Shown here piece by piece: positions 1 to 8,658 of a DNA stretch of 64,000 nucleotides (positions are counted from its first letter, which is position 1; each line of letters begins with the position of its first letter). Made by a program: the position numbers and the translations under genes. The DNA lies in the IMG/VR virus record IMGVR_UViG_3300045988_104111, positions 18,282-82,281 of that record; one strand, written 5' to 3'. The notes below the pieces were generated by a model, which was given only the letters and a program-made list of their open reading frames with translations, did no database searches and was not told the origin of the DNA. Source of the DNA: a virus.

Positions 1-604
1 ATTTTGGTGTGAATTGTTTATCTACAAACCATTGTTTGGCGCTTGGTGTAGGATGAATATAAAACACTGTATATTCGGTATTGTGAATGTTCTTTTCAGT
101 CCATCCAATGTCACAATTAGTTAAAAGATGGCGAAGACGAATTTTTTTGCGTTCTTTCTTTACATCAACAACGATTTTATGCCCATCAAATGTACCATCT
201 GCGTAAATTGCAACGAGCAATCTAATTAAATTATTGTCAAGAGGAATGCCATTCGTGTTCATAGAAAATGTAGTTGGCACATGACGATTTCTAGAGCCGA
301 GCAAGAAATCTTTTACAGTAATAATTTCAGTAGACAACTTACTTCTAATGCCAGACATATACTTAATATAATTTTTATATAAGTACATTCTATGATCTTC
401 GGAAAGAACCATATCTAAACCAGTTGTGTTATGAAAATGTTTCAAATTTTCAATATTGTCGTTTACGATGTATGAGATTGGATATGTTAAAGACGCTGTT
501 CCATCTTCGTTGTACTGTAGCACTTGCTCATATTCATCCGCATTGTATTCACTAATCTTTTTCCATTCTACGCCATTGAAATATTCTGTGTCTTTATCTA
601 CACA
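1..604 (-). mobile_element. Intein (N-terminal part, continues past window start) inside class II ribonucleotide reductase
   Basis: The minus-strand frame stays open to position 1. After extein ...FNKGSAGG the translation switches to CVDKDTEYFNGVEWKKISEY...VLQYNEDGTASL...SEDH...LLVAIYADGTF (Cys1, TxxH-like block, LAGLIDADG motif). Clearly paralogous to the intein at 5011-6012. Confidence 0.75.
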
Positions 605-1750
605 CCCGCCAGCTGAGCCTTTGTTGAAATATACCTCTTGTAGATTGCCGTCAATTGGGTCAAAGAACGCAAGAACATGAAGTGAACCGCATCCTGTCTG
701 GATTTTGCGCTTCTTGCCAATTAGGTCATTGCTTGGTTCGATAATTGAACCACGAGGGAGAGTGAGAGATGGGTGTTCAGGCTTAGATTCGTCATCTTTC
801 TTATTTTCAGTAAGCAAAATGCCCTGACGAATTGCATTTGGTCTGAAAATGGTACATCCCTTAATACCCTTCTTCCAGCATTGCATATAAATATCCTTGA
901 CTTCATCAAATGATGCTTCAGTAGGCACATTGATGGTCTTGCTAACGCTCATGTCAGTATATTTGCTAATAATAGCAAGCATAGCTACATGGTCATCAAC
1001 AGACATATTAAGTGCAGTTGGGAAAATATCATGCTCGTCAAAATCAAGCTGCTTGCCCTCATCTTTTAGTTTATGATATAGATAATAAGCATAATCCATC
1101 ATTTTGACGATTTTTACATCCTTATCGTCTTGTCCACCAATTTTTACCTTGCGGTCATAGCTAAGAGAGAAAATTGGCTCGATACCACTTGAGCAGTTAT
1201 TACCAAATACCATAGAGATTGTGCCGCATGGTGCAACCGCCTGAATCTTAGCATTACGAATACCATATTCAGACATTGCGGCAATTACATCATGTTCTAG
1301 CACAGATTCGACATATGCGCCATCTACGTGCTTGTCTAACTCACATAGAGGGAAACACCCTTTTTCTTTAGCAAGCTGAACAGACGCATAATATTCCGCA
1401 TTGGTAATCATTTTCATTAGAGATTCAATATAATCTCTTGCTTCTTGGCTATCATACTTCACACCAAGCATAGCGAGCATATCTGCTAAACCAGTGATAC
1501 CGATACCAATGGTGCGCATACCCTTCTGATAATTTTCGTAAATCTTGTCAGGGAATTTATTTACATCAATAATATCATCAAGCATACGGACGGCAATGGA
1601 GATTGTATTTCTTAGAGCATCGGTATCAAGATGCGCCTGCTTAGTAAATGGATTCTTTACAAAATTGTGTAGGAACAATGAGCCAAGATTACAAGCGCCG
1701 CCATATTGAGATGGATCTGTTGTATTGATTGTTCCTGCTAGATATTCTGC
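605..1750 (-). CDS. nrdJ: Adenosylcobalamin-dependent (class II) ribonucleotide reductase, exon 2 up to the intein insertion
   Basis: Minus frame open from 1759 to 1. It is absent from the ORF track, presumably because it runs off the window edge. Translation AEYLAGTINTTDPSQYGGACNLGSL...IGIGITGLADML...APCGTISMVFGNNCSSGIEPIFS...SKTINVP...GCTIFRPNA...TGCGSLHV...NKGSAGG fits the class II RNR core. Confidence 0.8.
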
Positions 1751-2652
1751 CACACATATTTAATGTGCTAGACTATATCTTATCCCTCATCTTTACATGT
1801 TAGGGCAATCGCACTGCGTAAATTTATTTGGAGTTGCCAGTTTTCATTACTCATCCATACAGGTTGATATTCGTAGCCGAGATATAGCTTATACATCATA
1901 CTATCAACAATATATGGTTTAACCAAATTGATAAACGTTTCATAACTAGACTGCTGAATGCGCAAACGTCTGAATTTATCTCTTTTGATAATTGAACAAT
2001 CCAAATTAAATTTGTCTTTGAGCATTTTGCTCATTGCTTCAACTGTTTTAAGAGAATATCTGTCTGTGCAAATATCAATGCGTCTTGATCTAATATTTCC
2101 TGTTGTTTTACCAACAAGACAAACGTATCCATCACTCATATACCAGTTAGCAAGCCCATTTGGAGTTAGCCAACTTAATGCTTCTTTAGATGCTACTCTA
2201 TGCTTGTAATCATCGTAAAAATGATGATATTTCTTAGCGAAGTACGGATGGGCTTTAATATATAATTCCCAATTATCTTTATAATTACATCCATTTGCCC
2301 ATTTGCCTTGATGGAAATTTACAACAATATCAAAATTAGAACAAGATTCCAAATCAGATTTAATCTTATAGATAAAATCTTTGTTGATGCTGCTCATTCT
2401 TATAGCACGCTTAGTTACACCATTATCAATTCTTGCATCCCCAAAAATAAGTCCTGTTAAATATCCTTTTAACTCTGAACTATTCATACAATTATAGCCT
2501 CCTATAATTTCGTATAATATTAAATTTACATTAGTCGTTGAACCTTCCAACCTATTGTTGACTTGGCTGCTGATCGGCTTTCGCTTTCCAGCAATTCACG
2601 ATTGATTATTTTCATTAGATTTCTCTAAAGCCCTGCACTTTTATCTAGGCTT
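1751..2652 (-). mobile_element. Group I intron in nrdJ, inserted directly after the SNPC active-site codons
   Basis: Exon 1 ends ...aat ccc tgT (U at -1) at 2653, then reads KPR-stop. Removing 1751-2652 (last intron nt G at 1751) restores SNPC|AEYLAG in frame. The intron carries an ORF with its own SD. It shares GAATTGCTGG (2588-2597), ATCAGCAGCCAAG (2562-2574), AAGGTTCAACGACTA (2532-2546) and GATATAGTCTA (1769-1779) with the intron at 58332-58646. Confidence 0.7.
1780..2487 (-). CDS. LAGLIDADG homing endonuclease (intron-encoded)
   Basis: Two LAGLIDADG-type motifs (YLTGLIFGDARIDNG and LANWYMSDGYV). ATG at 2487 is preceded by ataGGAGGctataattgt. The longer TTG start at 2550 in the ORF track would begin inside the intron core. 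Confidence 0.8.
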   Translation of the reverse strand: MNSSELKGYLTGLIFGDARIDNGVTKRAIRMSSINKDFIYKIKSDLESCSNFDIVVNFHQGKWANGCNYKDNWELYIKAHPYFAKKYHHFYDDYKHRVASKEALSWLTPNGLANWYMSDGYVCLVGKTTGNIRSRRIDICTDRYSLKTVEAMSKMLKDKFNLDCSIIKRDKFRRLRIQQSSYETFINLVKPYIVDSMMYKLYLGYEYQPVWMSNENWQLQINLRSAIALTCKDEG

Positions 2653-3474
2653 ACAGGGATTACTACAAACAATTCTTTCTACATACCATGCTGGATTGCG
2701 ATTATTGGCATTATCCTCATAGAATACGCCCGGTTCACCATTATCATATGCCATTTGCATGATTTCATTCCAAATATCACGAGCTGACACTAGCTGAGTA
2801 AATTTCTTATCCCACTTAGATGACGGTAGCTTATTACCCTTCTCGTCATAGATGGGCCAATGCAACCGAATTTGACCATTAGAAATAACACTTCGCATAA
2901 AAGCATCATCTACAACAACAGACAGATTGAAATGATTGAGGCGTCCTTCTGTAGCTGACTTGGCATGGATAAATTCAAGAATATCAGGATGATATACACT
3001 GAGCATACCCATGTTTGCGCCGCGCCGTGAGCCTTGCTGCACTGTAGCTGTCTGAGCATTGAATACATCCATGAAGCTAACCGGTCCAGATGCAATAGCG
3101 TCATTACGGGTTCTATATCCATTAGGAGCTAGATTGCTGAAAGCATATCCAATGCCGCCACCAGCTTTATGTGTCATAGCACCGAGTTTAACAGCATCAA
3201 AAATTTGCTCCATACTGTTACCAACAATGGGCGCGACAAAGCAGTTATTGAGCGTTAACTTTTCGCCAATACCAGCGTTGCTCATGGTGCGTCCAGCTGG
3301 GAAGAAATAGCCCGATGCCATAATATTGTAGAATTTATCTGCCCATGTGCTTGAATTATTATCTTCAGCCGTAGCAATAAAATCAGCTACACGCCATAGC
3401 TGGTCATCATATGACTCGCCGTTCTTTTGGTATCTATCTTTCCAAATAGATTTATATACCTCATTTACAAACAA
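2653..3474 (-). CDS. nrdJ: Class II ribonucleotide reductase, exon 1
   Basis: Translation FFPAGRTMSNAG...NNCFV...THKAGGGIGYAFSNL...GPVSFM...SRRGANMGML...HPDILEFI...VCSNPC. The ORF track continues 4 codons into the intron to a stop at 2641. Confidence 0.8.
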
Positions 3475-3488
3475 TAAATCGTCCTCCT

Positions 3489-3863
3489 TTATTCAAAGTC
3501 ATTCATATTAAAGCAATATGCCGTATCATCAATTAGCATATCACAATAAATCTTGCGGCAATCCTTATATAGCTCAATTCGCGCCGGGTCATTTTCATTG
3601 AAATAATCCCAACGGATATTATGCTTTTTCAACCATTTTTTAGCCAATCTAGCGGCATATCCTTCACGACAAGTAGTGATGATAATGACAATATCCATCT
3701 CTTGTACAGAGCGGATAAATTCTGCAATCGGTGTTTCTAGTCCACACAGCGGATATGAACTATAGCATAGCGTATGGTCAAAATCCACTGCTAATACAAA
3801 TTTAGTAGGCGGAGATTGTGCATAATAAGCGTTAATAATCTTCTTAAATTCGGTTCGATTCAT
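3489..3863 (-). CDS. HAD-superfamily phosphatase / nucleotidase-like protein
   Basis: DxDxT motif (LAVDFDHTL) near the N-terminus. Small single-domain size, next to RNR. Confidence 0.5.
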   Translation of the reverse strand: MNRTEFKKIINAYYAQSPPTKFVLAVDFDHTLCYSSYPLCGLETPIAEFIRSVQEMDIVIIITTCREGYAARLAKKWLKKHNIRWDYFNENDPARIELYKDCRKIYCDMLIDDTAYCFNMNDFE

Positions 3864-3897
3864 TTTTAATCATATTACCTCCTTGTTATATATATTA

Positions 3898-6800
3898 TCA
3901 CGATTCTGCTGATTTGTCAAGTAGCATTTCACATAATTCAGTATTTCTTTCCTTTTCCTCTTGTACTCTCAATCCCTCTTGAATAGCTACCTCATCTCCA
4001 ATCAATATTAGCCGCTCTTGTGCGCGTGATACGGCTGTATAGCACAAATTACGACTTAGCATCCTTACATGGCTTCTATCAATTACCACAATTACGGCTT
4101 TAGCTTGACAACCCTGTGATGAATGCGTAGAAATTGCATATGCTAATAGTGTATTCTTGATATGAGACTTATCAACTATACAATTACCGCAATCATATCG
4201 CACAATCATATATGGCTCTTTTTCATCTGGTACAATTTCCATTACTGTGCCAATATCGCCATTTGCTACAAAAGCCGTATCATCATCAGCAAGCGGCATA
4301 GCATATTCATTCTTTTTATTGATGACCTTATCTCCCACTTTGAAATAGATAGGCACATTATTGACTGTATGCCCAACCGTGCTTAATTCATTTGGATTGA
4401 ATTTGGATTGAATTGCCGCATTGATAGCCAATGAGCCAACTTCACCCTTATTAAATGGAGATAGAATCAGCACATCATCCTTACTATATCCATCTGTCAA
4501 TAGCCGCGCATATTCTTGTTCAATTTGATTGATTACTAATGTATCAGTTTCAATGAACTTATAATCTGTGAAAGTATCTGTCAGATGGTCATTTACTCCA
4601 TTTCGTACATCAGTAGCTATGGTAATAATGCCAGACGTGTTATATCTGAATACCTTAGTCAAGTTACATACAGGCATAATGTTGCTATCAAGCATATCTT
4701 CAACAATGTTGCCACAAGCGATAGATGCAAGCTGAGATGGGTCGGCTATGAAGATTATTTTGGTACGGTCTGTTACCTTATCAAATAGCATTGATAGCAA
4801 ATGGACACTAATTTGACTGGATTCATCTATGATTAGATAGTCGCCTAAATTCTCACTCATTGTTAGGAACATATGGATAGTAGACGCTTCTTTTTGTGTT
4901 GCTTCTCGTAATTTTTTGCTAGATATTCCTGTCGGGGCAAGTAGAGTATATGTATATCCATTGTCATCTAGCATATTGACAAGTGCTTGCATACTTGTCG
5001 TTTTACCACAGTTGCCAGTAATGAAAATACAATCTTTTCGTCTTAGTACGAGCATATGCGATGGTACTGTAAAGCAATATTTATATCCATCCGTTGTTGG
5101 TACTTGAGTTATGGGCGTTTTAGTACATTTACTTCTATTATCTGAACACAATCCTACTTTTGTTCTGTTAGAAAAATTCACAACATATAAATTAGTTTTT
5201 CTGCTATATTCTTTATTATTTACAATGTGAGTTTCACCAATTCGATTAGAAATGCTTATGGATGCTCTAATTCCTACAGATGCAGTAGCGTATTGAATAA
5301 AATCTGCATCAGATTTAATAGCCGATGAATAAGATTGATATTTTGTATTATTTTTTGTATATCTTATACATCCATCCCAATAAACAACTTCATCTATGAT
5401 TATCTTTAGTTGGTCATTAGAACACCCATACCAATACTCTGTAAATTGCTTTTCTCTCCTTGGCACATAAACGTAATAGTCAGTATATCCTTTTTCTGTA
5501 CTCTCATGTGCTTTATATTCAAGTCCATTTTTATTGAAAAGATAAACTAATCTATCTTTCTTACGTTGCTTTTTTATATGAAAGGTACATCTCGTGCTAT
5601 TTTTATTACCGGCGTTGAAATGCCCATCTGCCAAAACCGCGCACATTAGACGAATTTGCCATTCATTTAAGTCTATACCAGAACCGCCAAAATTAAATGT
5701 TGTGAGAAACCTCCCTTGGAAATTCTTAGTTGACGGAAGGTGCATTTGTTTTAGTTGTTCAATATTACATTCTTTTAATACACCGTCTCTTGTTTCATAT
5801 ATAATTCTATGATCGTCACAGACAGTTTGATTTAATCCTCGGAGCGTTTCAAAGTGCCACAGTGCATCACATGGCTTCTTGATATAAGCAATAGGACTTA
5901 CAAGCTCTGCTGTTCCATCCTCGTTGTACTGAAGCACCATATCACCGTCTTGATAATCAGCAATTCGCTTCCAACCAGTGCCAGTAAAAAACTCAGTATC
6001 ACAATCAACACAACCAGCCGAGCCGGTCAGCATCATCACATCCTGCTTACAAGCCATCTCAAGAATTTGCGCTTGTTCATTTGTTAGCTCTAAGCCGTCT
6101 ACCCTTGTAAACTTCTGCCAATCCATAGGATAATAATGTGGATTGGTTATTTTTTTCTTGATAACATCAGCAATATGCTGTTCGGCGCTATATGTGGCTT
6201 GTAGGGCTGTATTCTGACTAGGCGGGTCATAGTGTACTTGCGCCGATTTCGTCACAACATCGAGGAGATGATGAACACATTGAGGCGTTTTCTTCTTGAC
6301 CATATCAAATAGCTGTTTGGCTTGCATCTTTGTATTGCCGTCCAACTCATTATGCTTCAGAGCATAGATAGTAGCCGCCTCACATCGTTCATAGCTATCT
6401 AGCCATTTTGCCGTTTTCTTGGTTATTGCTCTATCAGCTCTATCAAACGACCATTCAAGCAAGTTAATCATAACAGCGTATGGATTGGCGTTTATATCCT
6501 TGCTAAATTCATATACATTCTTATATGTTGCGGCGATTTTGTTTATATCCTCATCATGCTCAATGCACCAAGAATATGTTTCGCCCATAAATTTAACACG
6601 CTTGTTGATCGTCTTGATTTTTGCAATATATCTTGGCAATAGCACCTTGCCTACGCCTTTAATTTTTTTGTAGTCCAGATTGTCGGCTTCGCCATTCAGT
6701 ACCATACTGACAAAATGAGGATATACGGCATGACATGATTCAGCTTGCCCATTGGTCATTAAGCTGCGTAGCGTCTGTAATTCGGCTTTTTCTGTTAGAT

Positions 6801-7074
6801 TGAATTTGCCATCTTTAGCTACAAATCCAGCAAAACCAATGAATTTATAGCTATATTTATATTTATCATCCTCACATGGCTCAATGATACAATCAATAGA
6901 CTGCCCCATTTTCAAGTCGGCAATCCCAGTTCCTTTTAGGCTGATTGTGCCATATTGAGGATGACGTTCTATTGAGTCATCCTTAGTGCGACATGATATA
7001 ATTGAGAAATTGGATTCAGGATTATTGAATATCATGCGCATTGGGATTATTTTTACTGTTTGCATGGAATACAC
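3898..7074 (-). CDS. RecD-like SF1 DNA helicase, interrupted by an intein
   Basis: After removing residues encoded by 5011-6012, Walker A reads MLTGSAG|CGKTT. Walker B is YLIIDESSQ. The C-terminus ISTHSSQGCQAKAVIVVID...YTAVSRAQERLILIGD is typical of RecD-family helicases. Confidence 0.8.
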   Translation of the reverse strand: MYSMQTVKIIPMRMIFNNPESNFSIISCRTKDDSIERHPQYGTISLKGTGIADLKMGQSIDCIIEPCEDDKYKYSYKFIGFAGFVAKDGKFNLTEKAELQTLRSLMTNGQAESCHAVYPHFVSMVLNGEADNLDYKKIKGVGKVLLPRYIAKIKTINKRVKFMGETYSWCIEHDEDINKIAATYKNVYEFSKDINANPYAVMINLLEWSFDRADRAITKKTAKWLDSYERCEAATIYALKHNELDGNTKMQAKQLFDMVKKKTPQCVHHLLDVVTKSAQVHYDPPSQNTALQATYSAEQHIADVIKKKITNPHYYPMDWQKFTRVDGLELTNEQAQILEMACKQDVMMLTGSAGCVDCDTEFFTGTGWKRIADYQDGDMVLQYNEDGTAELVSPIAYIKKPCDALWHFETLRGLNQTVCDDHRIIYETRDGVLKECNIEQLKQMHLPSTKNFQGRFLTTFNFGGSGIDLNEWQIRLMCAVLADGHFNAGNKNSTRCTFHIKKQRKKDRLVYLFNKNGLEYKAHESTEKGYTDYYVYVPRREKQFTEYWYGCSNDQLKIIIDEVVYWDGCIRYTKNNTKYQSYSSAIKSDADFIQYATASVGIRASISISNRIGETHIVNNKEYSRKTNLYVVNFSNRTKVGLCSDNRSKCTKTPITQVPTTDGYKYCFTVPSHMLVLRRKDCIFITGNCGKTTSMQALVNMLDDNGYTYTLLAPTGISSKKLREATQKEASTIHMFLTMSENLGDYLIIDESSQISVHLLSMLFDKVTDRTKIIFIADPSQLASIACGNIVEDMLDSNIMPVCNLTKVFRYNTSGIITIATDVRNGVNDHLTDTFTDYKFIETDTLVINQIEQEYARLLTDGYSKDDVLILSPFNKGEVGSLAINAAIQSKFNPNELSTVGHTVNNVPIYFKVGDKVINKKNEYAMPLADDDTAFVANGDIGTVMEIVPDEKEPYMIVRYDCGNCIVDKSHIKNTLLAYAISTHSSQGCQAKAVIVVIDRSHVRMLSRNLCYTAVSRAQERLILIGDEVAIQEGLRVQEEKERNTELCEMLLDKSAES
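5011..6012 (-). mobile_element. Intein with LAGLIDADG homing-endonuclease domain, inserted in the helicase Walker A loop
   Basis: 334 codons starting CVDCDTEFFTGTGWKRIADY...VLQYNEDGTAEL...CDDHRIIY...LMCAVLADGHF and ending ...CIFITGN followed by +1 Cys (CGKTT). Precise excision rebuilds a P-loop. Confidence 0.8.
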
Positions 7075-7778
7075 CTATACAATTTTTCTGTTTTATCGGT
7101 ACGACTTGATTTATCCAGTGTGCATTTCAACTTACCTTCCCAGATACATTCAAATCCATCGTCTGGCATCCAATATTCACTAATCAGAACAATATTGGTT
7201 TTAGCCATTTTTTTACACCAAGCATAGAATTTATCATAGTCAAAATCGCTTGTTGCATATTTTGTTGTATCGCGGTATGGAGGGTCACAATAAATGACCA
7301 TATGATCCACATCCAATTTCCAGAAATCGCCACATACAAAAAATATTCCTTTTAACTTGGGGGCTTGTTTCTTGATATTTCTGATAGCCTCGTTAGTAAT
7401 ATCTCTTGGCGTTACGCCATCTGCTTTGAAACCTCTCGGATAGCCACCAAACCATTTTGCGCCGAATGTACAGAATCCTACAAGTCCAACATACCAATTT
7501 GGATAATTGGATGGATTCGTTCTTACGGCATTATATTCTTCCTCTGTGATAGTATCGGGCAAACCATCTGTTGTCTCTGATACATGGTTTAGCAATGCAA
7601 TCAGATATTTATGAACATCATTGCCAATCTTACATGGGCATTTAATTTTATCAATCATATTAGCACCGCCAACAAACGGCTCTAAATAGCCACGACAATT
7701 AGGCATATTATCAATATATGATTGGATAATAGGTGCAATTTGCTTACTCAAGCGGTTCTTGCTTCCAACATATTTCAT
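7053..7778 (-). CDS. DNA N6-adenine methyltransferase (Dam-like, D12 class)
   Basis: N-terminal KYVGSKNRL, EPFVGGANM, and catalytic DPPY (IYCDPPYRDT). Confidence 0.8.
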   Translation of the reverse strand: MKYVGSKNRLSKQIAPIIQSYIDNMPNCRGYLEPFVGGANMIDKIKCPCKIGNDVHKYLIALLNHVSETTDGLPDTITEEEYNAVRTNPSNYPNWYVGLVGFCTFGAKWFGGYPRGFKADGVTPRDITNEAIRNIKKQAPKLKGIFFVCGDFWKLDVDHMVIYCDPPYRDTTKYATSDFDYDKFYAWCKKMAKTNIVLISEYWMPDDGFECIWEGKLKCTLDKSSRTDKTEKLYRCIPCKQ

Positions 7779-7998
7779 TTGTCATCCTCATCAATTCAGT
7801 TGCTCCAAACGCTGGCTCCCAGCCCTCATTGTACATTACTTCAAATCCGGTGCAATCAACAAATGTAAACCAACTATATTTTGTAGCTACCACCTTAAAT
7901 TCATTATTACCTATTACGCTTACATTTGCTTTTAACAAGCTATTGCAGACATGGCATACGGAATTAAGCCATGCTTCATAGGTTAATGCGTCTTGCAT
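7744..7998 (-). CDS. Hypothetical protein
   Basis: ORF track. Co-oriented and tightly packed with neighbours. No motif recognised. Confidence 0.45.
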   Translation of the reverse strand: MQDALTYEAWLNSVCHVCNSLLKANVSVIGNNEFKVVATKYSWFTFVDCTGFEVMYNEGWEPAFGATELMRMTNEICWKQEPLE

Positions 7999-8012
7999 AT
8001 GATTATACCTCC

Positions 8013-8405
8013 TTAATATCCATAATGAACCACAATCAATTTAGCTCTATCAGATCCCCATCGTGTCTTATCAAAGCTATCTAGTACAGCTTTCAACACA
8101 AACAACCGTCTATGATCCTCACCGTTCTCAATCTGATTATTGACCCACTCTTTTACAGTATCAATGTCAGCATACATCATTGGTTCATCATAGGCATCTA
8201 ACAGCTCTGTGTTTTCCCAGTCTTGATTTCTAGGATTATCATGGTCAAATCCAAGGAAATCACCATCTAGCTTTTTGCTGAATAACTCTGCCCATCCAGA
8301 ATCATAACCCATTTTGCACATATCTACTGCGGCAATTACCTCATTGTAGATGTAGGTATTATTGCTAATCCTACTGCAAATATATACCTTGCTTTCGTAA
8401 CCCAT
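8013..8405 (-). CDS. Hypothetical protein
   Basis: ATG at 8405 is preceded by cAGGAGGttgttttata. The longer start at 8447 would read through the promoter -10 at 8438-8443. Confidence 0.55.
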   Translation of the reverse strand: MGYESKVYICSRISNNTYIYNEVIAAVDMCKMGYDSGWAELFSKKLDGDFLGFDHDNPRNQDWENTELLDAYDEPMMYADIDTVKEWVNNQIENGEDHRRLFVLKAVLDSFDKTRWGSDRAKLIVVHYGY

Positions 8406-8437
8406 TATAAAACAACCTCCTGTTCTTTGATAAATCA

Positions 8438-8466
8438 AGTATATCATAGAATCAGGAGGTTGTCAA
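8438..8466 (-). promoter_or_regulatory. Sigma70-type promoter (TTGACA-17-TATACT)
   Basis: Minus strand reads cTTGACAacctcctgattctatgaTATACT. -35 at 8461-8466, -10 at 8438-8443. Confidence 0.7.
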
Positions 8467-8478
8467 GCATTATTTTAA

Positions 8479-8658
8479 TTATTTTTCAATCATTTTCTTT
8501 AATTCTGTAAATAGCTCCTTACCGCAAATAGGACAAGTAAAATTTATGTCAACTACGTATTTTTCATCTACCATTAAGCCGCAATTTTGGCATTTGATAG
8601 GTGCATATTTTAGGGGGCGCTCAGTACGTTTGCGACGATTTCTTTCTGCTCTGCTCAA
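8479..8658 (-). CDS. Small zinc-ribbon protein (TTG start)
   Basis: 59-codon frame LSRAERNRRKRTERPLKYAPIKCQNCGLMVDEKYVVDINFTCPICGKELFTELKKMIEK with two CxxC pairs. The TTG overlaps the stop of the recJ-like gene. It falls below the ORF-track length cutoff. Confidence 0.35.
   Translation of the reverse strand: MSRAERNRRKRTERPLKYAPIKCQNCGLMVDEKYVVDINFTCPICGKELFTELKKMIEK

Noticed and set aside
8406-8447. N-terminal extensions of ORF-track entries (also 11452-11523, 15329-15388, 23515-23535, 25803-25928, 27133-27174, 2488-2550)
   Set aside because: The extensions read through promoter -10/-35 boxes or intron core sequence and lack an SD. Internal ATGs with good SDs were preferred.
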